NCBI GenBank assembly: GCA_037431425.1
Contig: GCA_037431425.1_4129.1
Length of the DNA stretch: 64,000 nucleotides
Direction: 5' to 3' (one strand)
From: a phage
Positions 1-10,286 of this stretch are shown here, one piece after another. The translations under genes were made by a program, and so were the position numbers. Positions within the stretch are counted from its first letter, which is position 1, and every line of letters begins with the position of its first letter. Under the pieces are notes generated by a model. The model ran no database searches. It saw only the letters and a program-made list of their open reading frames with translations, and was not told the DNA's origin.

Positions 1-954
1 TATGATGATTACATTATGTGTGGATTAGATGCTGGTATGTTCTATGGTGCACAGAAAGATTTTGGTCATCAACATACTATTACTACTTGGCAATCATTTA
101 ACTCTCTATGGAAGAAAACCAAAAAAGGTGAAATTGAATTAACAGAACAAGACGTAAATGATTTTATTGATGGGGTAGTTTGTGTTATAGTTGATGAGTG
201 TCAAGGTGCTGGTGGTGATGCATTAGTTCAAGTACTATCTAAAGTTATGAACAACGTACCATTGCGTTGGGGTCTTACTGGTACAATTCCGAAAGATCCG
301 GTTGTTGCAGCGAAAATCAAATGTAATGTTGGTGATGTTATATATAAAATCACTGCAAAGGAATTACAAGATAAAAAGATACTAAGTACATGTAATGTGA
401 ATTGCATTAAACTAAAAAGTAGTATGAAGTTTGCATCATATGCTGAAGAGTTGAAATACTTAGTAACTGACAGAGATAGAATGGCATATGTAGCGTCATT
501 GATATCTGCGTTATCTGAATCAGGAAACACTTTAGTTTTAGTAGATAGACTTGAAGCAGGTGAGTTGCTATGTGAATTTTTAGGTATTCCCAAATCAGAA
601 TTCGTTCGTGGAGAAACTAAAAAGAAAGATCGAGAATCATCTTATGGTGAAATTCGTTGGGCTGATAATAAAATACTTATTGCGACATACGGCGTTGCCA
701 GTACTGGTATCAGTATTTCAAGGTTATACAATGTAGTATTGATTGAACCTGGAAAAAGTTTCGTAAGAACTATACAATCAATCGGACGTGGTTTACGCCG
801 TGCTGAAGATAAAGACCATGTTGAAATATATGACATTAGTGGTTCTAATAAGTATAGTGCAAAGCATTTACGTGAGCGTCTCGCTTACTATAAGGAAGCA
901 CAATATCCTCATACAGTAATAGACGTTAAAGATTGGGAAAACACAGCGGGATAA
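1..954 (+). CDS. SF2 DNA helicase, C-terminal portion (5' end outside window)
   Basis: Reading frame is open to position 1; DECQ (motif II), TGT (motif III) and QSIGRGLRR (motif VI) present; stop at 952-954. Confidence 0.7.
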   Translation, partial: YDDYIMCGLDAGMFYGAQKDFGHQHTITTWQSFNSLWKKTKKGEIELTEQDVNDFIDGVVCVIVDECQGAGGDALVQVLSKVMNNVPLRWGLTGTIPKDPVVAAKIKCNVGDVIYKITAKELQDKKILSTCNVNCIKLKSSMKFASYAEELKYLVTDRDRMAYVASLISALSESGNTLVLVDRLEAGELLCEFLGIPKSEFVRGETKKKDRESSYGEIRWADNKILIATYGVASTGISISRLYNVVLIEPGKSFVRTIQSIGRGLRRAEDKDHVEIYDISGSNKYSAKHLRERLAYYKEAQYPHTVIDVKDWENTAG

Positions 955-963
955 TCCCGCTGT
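943..963 (+). terminator. Hairpin overlapping helicase stop codon
   Basis: acagcggga / tcccgctgt 9-bp inverted repeat with the TAA stop in the loop; weak T tract after. Confidence 0.4.
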
Positions 964-982
964 TTATGATATAATATGACAT

Positions 983-1435
983 ATGACAACAACAAGGATG
1001 TATAATAAAATGGAATTAAGATCTAGTATTGCTTTTATCTGTGACCAAGAAACGTTAGATGTTATTGATGTATTGTTGAATGATGATGGTATCATGGATG
1101 ATATGGTGTCTTCTCTTGACTATATCCCTGAACTAGAAACTGATGATACTAATGTATGGAGGTGTAACATTGATAGTGATTCTTGGATTAATATCTATGA
1201 ATTGCAATCACGAATTGATTCTAAAGTCGAATCATTAAAATATGATATAATCTATGCCAGTACTGACACGAAAACTTTCATCGATGTTGTAAGTCTAAGT
1301 GGTAATTTTGATTCATATCTGGATACTGATGTTGATAAAATTCAAGAGATGTGTGAAACTTATGGACTTGAATTTTATGGACAAGAAGAACTGGATGATG
1401 AAGATTATTATGATGATGAAGATTCACAGTATTAA
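983..1435 (+). CDS. Highly acidic small protein (hypothetical)
   Basis: 150-aa ORF, D/E-rich throughout with DDEDYYDDEDSQY tail; follows terminator-like hairpin. Confidence 0.55.
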   Translation: MTTTRMYNKMELRSSIAFICDQETLDVIDVLLNDDGIMDDMVSSLDYIPELETDDTNVWRCNIDSDSWINIYELQSRIDSKVESLKYDIIYASTDTKTFIDVVSLSGNFDSYLDTDVDKIQEMCETYGLEFYGQEELDDEDYYDDEDSQY

Positions 1436-1444
1436 GGAGATAAC

Positions 1445-1942
1445 ATGAACGTACTAACACCCGAAAATATTTCGTTTGATATGGATTTAGTGACAGAACA
1501 TATCCCCGAAGAAATGTATTGTGTTTTGGACCTAAGTCCTAATGGTGAATCTGATTTTTATTTTAGACATATTTTAAACACGGTGTCATTTAATAGTATC
1601 AGTGCTGATCTCCAGATTGGTGAAAAAGTTATTCAAGTCCCGTTAGGTTGGCAAATTATGTTAGGCGATGAAGATACTGGTATGGTTGAGATGTGTACAA
1701 TTGAAAACATTCTTAACATGAAAGAACCAAAAGCTTTTGTTTACAATCCTATCCGTTCAATGTATCCTAAGTTTGAACCAGTAAAAGTTCTACGTGTATT
1801 TGCATTAACTACAAAGTGGCAAATTCCGATGTTACCTAAGAAGAATTTACTATGTGTACCATTGAATGGTGGTGAAAATCCACCATGTGTGTACTTTGCT
1901 GATGAAAATGAAAAAATTCAAGATTTATATCTAGGAGTATAA
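1445..1942 (+). CDS. Hypothetical protein
   Basis: 165-aa ORF, AAGGAGA RBS just upstream, tightly packed with neighbours. Confidence 0.55.
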   Translation: MNVLTPENISFDMDLVTEHIPEEMYCVLDLSPNGESDFYFRHILNTVSFNSISADLQIGEKVIQVPLGWQIMLGDEDTGMVEMCTIENILNMKEPKAFVYNPIRSMYPKFEPVKVLRVFALTTKWQIPMLPKKNLLCVPLNGGENPPCVYFADENEKIQDLYLGV

Positions 1943-1946
1943 AATA

Positions 1947-2792
1947 GTGTTTGATTTCAGTGATATTAAAAATAAGTCAGTCGATGATGATAATAAACCA
2001 ACCCAGCATTCTTTTTCTATTGCTGAATTTCTAAAACACATTGACCGTGCAGATTATAAGTTCTATAATGAACTGACGGAAAAAGAACAAAAAGAGTTTA
2101 CACCATATACTGTATTACGATGGGTAAGCTCTTTGGATGATTCACTACAAGTCACATATCCCAGTAGTAAAGTTGAAAGTGTATTTGGTAAATGGAAAGC
2201 TGGTGGTAAAGAAGCACTAACTGAACTAGTAACTGAATTAAAGGCTTCTGGAACTAAGGTTTCATCAGTGACGAAGTACTGTCATGGTGATTATGATTGG
2301 CGTATTAAATTTGCAGTCCAATCAAAAGATGATGCACATAAATTAATATCATCAATGATGGAATTTGGTGTCTCCGGTTCTGAAATTATTTCATTAGTAG
2401 ATACTGAAGTAGTGAAATACCAACTTATTATGCTAAATGATATGGTTAATGATGGTTTCTGGGATATGAAAGAACATCCAGAATTAGTATATCAACTTAT
2501 GTGTTCTGTACATGATATGATTGGTGCACAAGAAATGCCACGTAATTGGCTGAATTTTTCTAAAAATTTCAAAAAGGCAAATAATGAATTATTTGATTTG
2601 ATTAAAAATTCACAGCCTGATACTATCGCTACTCAAATGAATGAAGATGAGTACAAAATTGTTTTATTACAGTATGATAAAAAAACATTTGAAACATTTC
2701 TTGACAATAATGGTTTTCAAGATAATGAAAAGAAATCTATGATGAAATTATTTAAAGAAGAATGCAAAAAATATGGCAAAGAAATCAAATAA
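1947..2792 (+). CDS. Hypothetical protein
   Basis: 281-aa ORF with GTG start preceded by GGAG; same strand operon. Confidence 0.55.
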   Translation: MFDFSDIKNKSVDDDNKPTQHSFSIAEFLKHIDRADYKFYNELTEKEQKEFTPYTVLRWVSSLDDSLQVTYPSSKVESVFGKWKAGGKEALTELVTELKASGTKVSSVTKYCHGDYDWRIKFAVQSKDDAHKLISSMMEFGVSGSEIISLVDTEVVKYQLIMLNDMVNDGFWDMKEHPELVYQLMCSVHDMIGAQEMPRNWLNFSKNFKKANNELFDLIKNSQPDTIATQMNEDEYKIVLLQYDKKTFETFLDNNGFQDNEKKSMMKLFKEECKKYGKEIK

Positions 2793-3483
2793 ACAAGTAT
2801 ATACGTGTAAATTTTGTGATCGTGAATTTAAGCGAGAAGAAACAGTACAGACACATAAATGCATAAAACGTGACAGATACGAAAATAGACAAAGCCGCCA
2901 GATGATGGAGGCGTTTCGTATCTATATGCAATTTATGGAATTGAACAAATTTACATTTAAAAAAGGCGTAGAGCCTTTTATTGCTTTTATAAAGTCAAAG
3001 TACTTTAACGATTTTTATAGTTTTGCTGAATACTATTTGAATAATAGAGATATTATTAATGTTGACGAGTTTGTAAAGTACTTAATTATTAATAATAGAC
3101 CAATTACAGAATGGAGTACTTACAAAGCAAAAGATGAATGGATATTAAAAACGATTCGTTCTGAGCACCCAAAAGAAGCGATTGCAAGAAGTGTGATATC
3201 GTTGGTTGAATGGGCTGAAAAATTGAATGTACAATGGAATACTTTCTTTAAAAATGTGAGTTCTGCCCGTGCAATTGCATGGATTGAGAGTGGGAAAATA
3301 TCACCATGGATCATTTGGTTATCTCCAAAACAAAGTACTAATACATTTTTTAAAAAGCTATCAAACTCAGAAATTGAATACATACTTAAATACATTGATC
3401 CAAGTTATTTTGAAATTAAAACGATCAAATATAAAACGGATTGCGATGAAATTAAGAGTATGCTACGTGAGGCAGGATTATGA
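2773..3483 (+). CDS. Hypothetical protein with N-terminal C-x2-C...H-x-C zinc-finger-like segment
   Basis: 236-aa ORF; CKFCDREFKREETVQTHKC near N-terminus. Confidence 0.5.
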   Translation: MAKKSNKQVYTCKFCDREFKREETVQTHKCIKRDRYENRQSRQMMEAFRIYMQFMELNKFTFKKGVEPFIAFIKSKYFNDFYSFAEYYLNNRDIINVDEFVKYLIINNRPITEWSTYKAKDEWILKTIRSEHPKEAIARSVISLVEWAEKLNVQWNTFFKNVSSARAIAWIESGKISPWIIWLSPKQSTNTFFKKLSNSEIEYILKYIDPSYFEIKTIKYKTDCDEIKSMLREAGL

Positions 3484-3809
3484 ATGGAAAAAGTATATAT
3501 AATAAAATACCAGAAGGGTATGTACCTGTACCAAAAGAACAAAAAACAAAACAAATATCTCTTCTTAGACAAGGATCTATTACTGAAATAACTTTGGATG
3601 GTAAAACATTTCAAGTTCATGATCCCGCTCGTGTTGAAAAAATAATTTCTTTAGTAGAACGACATGAAGAACGTTTTTTTAGTTTAAGTCAAGAGTTAGC
3701 AAAGACGAAACAAAATTATAAAATATTAGAGAATCAAATAACCACCTTGACTAATACCGTTAAACAGTTACAGGAGCAAGTAAAAAATGCAGGATTTGAC
3801 CGATTCTAA
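3480..3809 (+). CDS. Hypothetical coiled-coil protein
   Basis: 109-aa ORF, start overlaps upstream stop (ATGA). Confidence 0.5.
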   Translation: MNGKSIYNKIPEGYVPVPKEQKTKQISLLRQGSITEITLDGKTFQVHDPARVEKIISLVERHEERFFSLSQELAKTKQNYKILENQITTLTNTVKQLQEQVKNAGFDRF

Positions 3810-4425
3810 ACATTACAGAAAAGCCAGAACTGATATTGATATTGACTTCAAGGATAGTAAAAGCGTCATCGCTAAACTTCCATGCGTGCGAAGTACTGAG
3901 AAAATTACTGAGGATGGTTTAATACCACATAATAGTGGTGTTCATTTTGATAATATACCAATTGACCCAATCACTGGTTTGGCAAGTATACAATATAAAG
4001 AAGCTGAAAGGTTAGGGTATCAAAAAGTTGATATTCTTTCACAGTCAGCTTACATGTATGTTCGCGATAGAGAGCATTTAAAAGAACTAATGAATCAGGA
4101 ACCGAATTGGGATCTTTTACTAGAACCCGAAATTGTAGAGCATCTTTCACAAATTAAAAAACACGTAACTTTATTAAATGTATGGAAGCCTAAATCAATT
4201 GACGAACTTGCAATGTTTATTGCTATGATTCGACCAGGAAAAAGGCAGTGCCAAAGTATGAACACATGGGACGAAGTAAAAGCCACCATATGGGATTATA
4301 GCACTATCGGCACTGACCAATCAGGAAATAAATTACGATATTTCAAAAAGCCACATGCTTATGCATATAGCTTAATGATTGTAGTCCAACTAAATGCTTT
4401 AGTTGAACACCTTACTTCTTCTTAA
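3787..4425 (+). CDS. Hypothetical protein
   Basis: 212-aa ORF. Confidence 0.5.
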   Translation: MQDLTDSKHYRKARTDIDIDFKDSKSVIAKLPCVRSTEKITEDGLIPHNSGVHFDNIPIDPITGLASIQYKEAERLGYQKVDILSQSAYMYVRDREHLKELMNQEPNWDLLLEPEIVEHLSQIKKHVTLLNVWKPKSIDELAMFIAMIRPGKRQCQSMNTWDEVKATIWDYSTIGTDQSGNKLRYFKKPHAYAYSLMIVVQLNALVEHLTSS

Positions 4426-4765
4426 GTGCCACATTACGACGCTTGATTCGTTTCTGTGGTAAATTGCTTAAAGAAACTACAGGACCACATACGAAATTCA
4501 CCGATGGTGTATCAAATCTATGTGTATACGGTTCAAATTTCTCCATCTCTTCTTGAAAGAATAGACACACTGGAATGGTTCTATTACTTTGCCACCACCA
4601 ATCGTGTGCTATACCTAACAATTCGTCTTGCATTGACTCATTCATGTCATCGAAACAGTACATAGTAGTATACTGTTTACTTTTGATTTTGATGATACCA
4701 ATGAACGTTTTACCATCATACTGGATTACAGTAATAAATGGTGGAATAGTGTTATATTGATTCAT
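4412..4765 (-). CDS. Hypothetical protein, opposite strand
   Basis: 117-aa ORF exactly filling the gap between + strand genes ending 4425 and starting 4823; basic C-terminus. Confidence 0.45.
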   Translation of the reverse strand: MNQYNTIPPFITVIQYDGKTFIGIIKIKSKQYTTMYCFDDMNESMQDELLGIAHDWWWQSNRTIPVCLFFQEEMEKFEPYTHRFDTPSVNFVCGPVVSLSNLPQKRIKRRNVALKKK

Positions 4766-4822
4766 ATTAGTTCCATAAATATTAGTATAAATTTATACCT
4801 ATTATTTATGGAAGGAAAAACT

Positions 4823-5800
4823 ATGGCTCATCACGGCGTGTTTATGTACCCTTATAATCAGGAAGTATCATTGGGCAATTTTAATATGCCATATAGCAAT
4901 GAAAAACTAACTATATATAAAGGGGCAAATAATAATTTATCTTTTACTGTTCACAACGCTGATGGAAAGTATACTTTATTGAAAGAAAATGAATATCTTA
5001 CATTTATGATTTTTGATGTACGAAATAACACTAAACTATTCGATGTTGTTTTGGAAAAACAAGAACCAAGTTGGCTATCCGAAAGCGGTCAGGCCCGACA
5101 AACATTGGGAAATAAAAAGAAAGTATATTATGGATGTATTGTTCCAGCAGGTGTTATCCAAGATACCAGTCCTGGTTCCAAATATAGATGGAGTATCACT
5201 AAAGTAACAATGGATGGTTCACTTGTAGAACCAACACAATATCTATATACAGGTATGAACTATGAAGCATCAGCAGAGTTAATTATTTCAGACCGTGCTG
5301 TACCTGTATTTGTCCCTAGTACTGAAATATCTGTCAACCAAAATTCAGCATGGACAACTATTAAGCGTTTATATCCTGAGCCTATTGGTAATGGTATGAT
5401 TGGGGAATATGATATTCTTGCATCAACACCACTCCCTGCACAAATGCAGTTTGGGTTGGTTGATGGATTGAGCAGTATAGCAATCTATTTTGATAAATTT
5501 ATTGGTAGGATACAGCTTCAAGGGTGTTTGTGTAATGACGTACCAAATGATAATGAAAACTATAAATGGTTTATTATTAAATTAGATGGGAAGGATTATA
5601 TTGAAAATGGGATGGATGTAGAAGGATTTCCAGAAGAACTCAATGGAATTCAAGCATTTAATTTTAAAGGAAATTATATGTGGTTGAGAATTGTAGTAGC
5701 TATTCATCCTAAAACTGTCCCAGTGCCGTATGACTATGCTGCTGTGAGAAAACTGTATGACCCTTTCTTAACTGTACCTAAAATTTTGATTCGCAGGTGA
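4823..5800 (+). CDS. Hypothetical protein (possibly structural)
   Basis: ATG at 4823 preceded by GGAAGGA RBS; track ORF 4757 trimmed to this start. Confidence 0.5.
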   Translation: MAHHGVFMYPYNQEVSLGNFNMPYSNEKLTIYKGANNNLSFTVHNADGKYTLLKENEYLTFMIFDVRNNTKLFDVVLEKQEPSWLSESGQARQTLGNKKKVYYGCIVPAGVIQDTSPGSKYRWSITKVTMDGSLVEPTQYLYTGMNYEASAELIISDRAVPVFVPSTEISVNQNSAWTTIKRLYPEPIGNGMIGEYDILASTPLPAQMQFGLVDGLSSIAIYFDKFIGRIQLQGCLCNDVPNDNENYKWFIIKLDGKDYIENGMDVEGFPEELNGIQAFNFKGNYMWLRIVVAIHPKTVPVPYDYAAVRKLYDPFLTVPKILIRR

Positions 5801-5826
5801 GACAAAACCCGAAGTTGTGCTATAAT
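5798..5826 (+). promoter_or_regulatory. Sigma70-type promoter with extended -10 (TGcTATAAT)
   Basis: TATAAT at 5821-5826 preceded by TG at 5818-5819; -35-like tgagac 17 nt upstream; about 30 nt before primase start. Confidence 0.55.
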
Positions 5827-5855
5827 CATTTGTAAGAAAAGACAAGGATTAACTT

Positions 5856-6911
5856 ATGAACGCTGTACAAAACATAATGGCACAAATAATGAATGACCCA
5901 GTACCTGCAATTGGCACATGGACACATCACAACTGTCCCGCATGTGTGTTCAGAGGACATTCGAGGCCGGACATAAAGAACCGTGGTAATCATATGTTCA
6001 ATGCCGATGGTTCTGTTTCATATAACTGCTTTAACTGTAGTTTGAAAACTGGCTGGCAACCAGGAAAATATATGAGCAAAGATATGGAGTCTTTGCTCAT
6101 TTCTTTTGGTGCACAAGATAAAGAAATAGAATTAGTTAAGTTTTATATTAAAGAAATGGTTGATAGTGGTGAATATGCTACACAAGAAACCGTTGTAACA
6201 AAATTATATGACCGAATAACGGTACGTGATTTACCATCAAATGCTAAAACATTTTGGGATTGGGCTTCACTACCAGAAGATAAAATTCCGCAAGAATTTT
6301 TGAGTGTTTTACATCATGTAAATGAAAGAAATCCATATTTGTTGGATTTGGAATTATATTGGTCACCTAATAAAGAACATAAAATGTATGATAGATTTAT
6401 GATTCCTTATTACATGAATGGTAAAATAATTGGTTATACAGCGAGACATAAATTAAAAGATCCCGGAAGCACATACAGATTTATAAATCAGGTAAGTACT
6501 AATATATTGTATAATTATGATTTATTAAAAGATGACAGAATAAAAACGATTTTGGTATGTGAAGGACCGTTGGATGCAGCATTGATGGGTGGTGTATCTG
6601 CTAATAACTTTAAATTATCAAACTTGCAAATTGACGTATTAAAAGATGCCCAGAAAAAAGGGAAAAGGATAGTTATTGTTCCAGATAGAGACAAAGATGG
6701 ATTAATAACAATAGACCAAGCACTTGAAAATGGATTCAGTGTGTCTTTCCCTGATTTTGGAACAGTAAGAGAAGGTAGTACGATACGTCATATCAAAGAT
6801 TTTGAAGAGGCGTGTTCGCGATTTGGTAGGTTATTTTGCTTACAATTGATACATGATAGTATAGTAGATGAGCCATTTTATATTAAAGCTCAAACTGATA
6901 AATGGATGTAA
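5856..6911 (+). CDS. DNA primase, DnaG/T4 gp61-like (zinc-binding plus TOPRIM)
   Basis: CPAC...CFNC zinc motif near N-terminus; TOPRIM glutamate in ILVCEGPLDA and DxD in IVIVPDRDKDG. Confidence 0.8.
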   Translation: MNAVQNIMAQIMNDPVPAIGTWTHHNCPACVFRGHSRPDIKNRGNHMFNADGSVSYNCFNCSLKTGWQPGKYMSKDMESLLISFGAQDKEIELVKFYIKEMVDSGEYATQETVVTKLYDRITVRDLPSNAKTFWDWASLPEDKIPQEFLSVLHHVNERNPYLLDLELYWSPNKEHKMYDRFMIPYYMNGKIIGYTARHKLKDPGSTYRFINQVSTNILYNYDLLKDDRIKTILVCEGPLDAALMGGVSANNFKLSNLQIDVLKDAQKKGKRIVIVPDRDKDGLITIDQALENGFSVSFPDFGTVREGSTIRHIKDFEEACSRFGRLFCLQLIHDSIVDEPFYIKAQTDKWM

Positions 6912-6933
6912 TACATATAATGAGGGAACATAG

Positions 6934-8454
6934 ATGATTCAAAGCACAGTGGATGTGAAACAATATGGGATTAATGCACAACAATACTTATTATCTCAGA
7001 TTTTCAGTAATCCTGATTTGTATGTACGTTGTAAAAATATCCTTAAACCTGAATATTTTGATAAAACGTTTCATGAAAGTATTCAATTCGTACATGATTA
7101 CGCCGCAAAATATAGTTCTTCACCAACGTTGAAAGATATTGAAGTTAAAGGTGGTTATCAATACGATCATTATGAAGTACAAGAATTACATAAACAATCA
7201 GTGCTTGATACATGTGGTGAGTTTTGTCGCCATAAAGCATTGGCATTGGCAGTTGAAAAAGGAATGGAACTTGTTCATCAGAAAAAATATGGTGGAATCG
7301 AAGAGTTAATCCGAGAAGCGATGTTGGTAACTGTACAGAATGAGTTAGGTTTGGATATTTTTGAAAATCCAGAAGATACCATTCGCTCACTAAGTTCAAT
7401 GCAAGGGTCATTTAAAAGCGGATGGGAAACTCTTGATTATAAACTTTTCGGTGGTTTTGGGCGTAGAGAGTTAGAGATCTTTGCTGCTGCATCAGGTGGT
7501 GGTAAATCAGTAGTGCTACAAAATTTAGCAGTAAACTTTGCTAAAGCTGGTATGAATGGTGCATACATCTCACTAGAACTAGCTGAAGAGTTGGTTGCAG
7601 TTCGTATCTATGGTATGATGACAGAATCGAAACTCAGTAATGTAAAAAATGAAGCTGAAAAGATTGGATTTGCCGTTAAGGTAGAAGGTAAAAACAGTGG
7701 CATCTTGCGTATTAAACGTTTACCTGAATCTGTAACAACAACAGATGATATCGAAAGTTATTTGCGTGAATTACAAATTAAGTTGGAAATAAAACTTGAT
7801 TATGTATGCGTGGACTATTTGGATCTATTAACTTCTAACCGTCTTGGCCCAAATGATAAATCCAACACATTTACAAAAGACAAATTTGTATCAGAAGAAT
7901 TACGTGCTCTTGCGTCCAAAATGGATCTAACAGTTTTCACTGCATCACAGTTTAACCGTAGTGGGATGGATGAAGATAAGAAAAGTCAAAGTCAGATTGC
8001 TGGTGGTATTTCTAAAATTTATACTGCGGATAACGTAATTTATATTGAAGCAAAAAAAGACACTGGTGAATTATGGTTTGATTTCCAAAAAACACGTAAC
8101 AGTAGTGCTGTTGGTTCACGTTTGCGTATGTCATATGATATTGATTCATTGCGTGTTCTTGATCATGCAACTACAGTACAACAAATGGAAACTGAAGGTA
8201 ATGGTTTTCGACACAGTGGACTCTCTAAGATTGGTGGGGGTAATATGGTGTTACCACCTAGTACAATGCAAACATTGCGTCATACGCTCTCTGGTGCTGT
8301 CAAAACACCATCTACACAACCAAACAATCAGATAACACTAAATACTGATAGTGCTCCTAACACCGCAACACAAAATGATTCACTGTCACCGCCACAACAC
8401 GCGGCTTCTGACCGTGTTCATGCGATGAAGCAATGGTTAAATCAAAGGAAATGA
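6934..8454 (+). CDS. Replicative DNA helicase, DnaB/T4 gp41-like
   Basis: Walker A AAASGGGKSV, DnaB-type SQFNRS motif; low-complexity C-terminal extension. Confidence 0.8.
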   Translation: MIQSTVDVKQYGINAQQYLLSQIFSNPDLYVRCKNILKPEYFDKTFHESIQFVHDYAAKYSSSPTLKDIEVKGGYQYDHYEVQELHKQSVLDTCGEFCRHKALALAVEKGMELVHQKKYGGIEELIREAMLVTVQNELGLDIFENPEDTIRSLSSMQGSFKSGWETLDYKLFGGFGRRELEIFAAASGGGKSVVLQNLAVNFAKAGMNGAYISLELAEELVAVRIYGMMTESKLSNVKNEAEKIGFAVKVEGKNSGILRIKRLPESVTTTDDIESYLRELQIKLEIKLDYVCVDYLDLLTSNRLGPNDKSNTFTKDKFVSEELRALASKMDLTVFTASQFNRSGMDEDKKSQSQIAGGISKIYTADNVIYIEAKKDTGELWFDFQKTRNSSAVGSRLRMSYDIDSLRVLDHATTVQQMETEGNGFRHSGLSKIGGGNMVLPPSTMQTLRHTLSGAVKTPSTQPNNQITLNTDSAPNTATQNDSLSPPQHAASDRVHAMKQWLNQRK

Positions 8455-8457
8455 TAA

Positions 8458-8730
8458 ATGTCTAGTAAATCCAATAAAAAGAATCTACTTGATAGTATAG
8501 TTGACTATACACCAGAGAAAGACACACTACAAAGTTTTAGTAATCGTGCAGACCACGCGATAAACTCTGTGATTCATTTATTGGAGAGCATTGAAGATGA
8601 GTTTAACCAAACTGATGCCGAAGATTTAAAAAAACGTTTATTTCTAAGTATAAAAAACCGAGATTATAAAAAGTTTCAAAAAGGGTTAGAGAACATAGCA
8701 CTTGATGAAAAACGTAATAAGGGAAATTGA
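8458..8730 (+). CDS. Hypothetical protein
   Basis: 90-aa ORF immediately after helicase stop. Confidence 0.45.
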   Translation: MSSKSNKKNLLDSIVDYTPEKDTLQSFSNRADHAINSVIHLLESIEDEFNQTDAEDLKKRLFLSIKNRDYKKFQKGLENIALDEKRNKGN

Positions 8731-8731
8731 T

Positions 8732-8896
8732 ATGAAGAAAAAGAATATTAAAGAGAATGCATCATCCGGTGCTACTTCAGCAGGTGCTATTGCATCAGTC
8801 AGTACTGGTTTGCATTATCCATTACATCGTCGATTGCCTCCAACAGACTTCTTTGGGTATAAAGTAGTAGAGACAAAAGATAAGGACACAGAATGA
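8732..8896 (+). CDS. Small hypothetical protein
   Basis: ATG at 8732 with AAGGGA RBS; Ser/Ala/Gly-rich segment. Confidence 0.4.
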   Translation: MKKKNIKENASSGATSAGAIASVSTGLHYPLHRRLPPTDFFGYKVVETKDKDTE

Positions 8897-9285
8897 AACC
8901 ATATACTTTCTACACTATACATACTGTAGTAGATATCGGTGATGGTAAAACTCCAACAATAATAGATTCTAAGTTTACTGGTGCAATGAATTTATCTAGA
9001 TTGTTGGAGGCAATTATGGTATATGACTATCCTATGATGGTAAGTGTTGTTAAAAATGAAGTTGATTTATATAAAGATAATAATTCATCTTTTTATAATA
9101 TACCAATTTCATGGGGTAAATGTACAATAAGCACATTTAAATTTGCACTTCCAATGGATGTTGAACTTAGATTGAATGGTATTCCATTAGTTCTTCCAAC
9201 TGAATTAAATGGTAAACGAATAACTAAATTTATCACATCTGGTGATGATATCAACATTAGCATCAGTAAACAGACCTTTTCTTAA
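8893..9285 (+). CDS. Hypothetical protein
   Basis: 130-aa ORF, ATGA start overlap. Confidence 0.5.
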   Translation: MKPYTFYTIHTVVDIGDGKTPTIIDSKFTGAMNLSRLLEAIMVYDYPMMVSVVKNEVDLYKDNNSSFYNIPISWGKCTISTFKFALPMDVELRLNGIPLVLPTELNGKRITKFITSGDDINISISKQTFS

Positions 9286-9341
9286 TTGTGATAAATATCA
9301 TAAAGTGAGACAGAGGTCTTTTTTATTTTTATGGAGAAAAT

Positions 9342-10286
9342 ATGGATATAAACCAAACAGCAACCGAGCTTCAAAAGTTCGCCGATGCACATAATTTAAA
9401 TGTTGATGTTTCTGTAATTCTTGATAATATGGATGCAGGTGATTTCATCACCTTAAATTCTGCGATTGATAATTCTGACAATCGTGAAATATTCCAAATT
9501 TTACAAAAATACAAAGCACAGATGAGTGAATGTTATGAATACTTCAGTACTAAAAATGTTAGTAAGCATATAAACGAAAGTTCTGAACTTTATAGTATTA
9601 TTGATGCAATGTCACTAAAGCAATTAGAAGAAATGTATAATAAAAAATATACTTATTCTGATACAACAAAATTAACCACACAGGAATTAAAAGCGATTGT
9701 ATTTGAGGATTTTCAAAATCAAACAACACAAATGCAAGCTAAACAAATTGCTAAAATGAATGTTTCTCAAGACCAACAGCAAGTTAATCCACAAACACAA
9801 GCTAAAATGAAACAAGCTGAGCTACAAAGAAATGCTAATAATATAAAGGTTAGTGTTCCTGGTACACAAGACGGTACTGATGCAGTTGAGCCAGTTGTGG
9901 GTATTGATCCTGGACAAACACCCGAACAATCACTAGTAGTAACAAAGAGTGGCACTAAACCGAATGAATTGAATGTTTTTCCATTAAATGATGTCAATCC
10001 TATTGACAATCAAAACACGCCAATCCGTGAGGAAAAATCCCCACAAGAAATCAATAGTGAGCTAATGGGTAATTCAAGTTTAGAGCCTGATAGTAACCCT
10101 GATACACAATCACCACTATCACATCACGCCCCTGGTATGGGTGAAATGATTCATGCTATTTCTGATATCGAAAAAGAAGATGATATTTATGGTGATGAAA
10201 GTGTAATGGCAAACCAGTCCCAATCTGAGAATGATGATATGGTAGATCAAATTATTGATTTTTGTCATCGTATGCGAGGTCGTTAA
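9342..10286 (+). CDS. Hypothetical protein with Q/N-rich central region
   Basis: 314-aa ORF. Confidence 0.5.
   Translation: MDINQTATELQKFADAHNLNVDVSVILDNMDAGDFITLNSAIDNSDNREIFQILQKYKAQMSECYEYFSTKNVSKHINESSELYSIIDAMSLKQLEEMYNKKYTYSDTTKLTTQELKAIVFEDFQNQTTQMQAKQIAKMNVSQDQQQVNPQTQAKMKQAELQRNANNIKVSVPGTQDGTDAVEPVVGIDPGQTPEQSLVVTKSGTKPNELNVFPLNDVNPIDNQNTPIREEKSPQEINSELMGNSSLEPDSNPDTQSPLSHHAPGMGEMIHAISDIEKEDDIYGDESVMANQSQSENDDMVDQIIDFCHRMRGR

Noticed and set aside
228-593. Minus-strand ORF (121 aa) inside the helicase gene
   Set aside because: Lies entirely antisense to a well-supported coding region with clear helicase motifs; most likely a chance ORF in AT-rich sequence.
7145-7411. Minus-strand ORF (88 aa) inside the DnaB-like helicase gene
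   Set aside because: Antisense to a strongly supported gene; no independent signals.
8045-8335. Alternative-frame + strand ORF (96 aa) within the helicase gene
   Set aside because: Overlaps the conserved helicase frame; Cys/His-rich low-complexity translation typical of an off-frame artefact.
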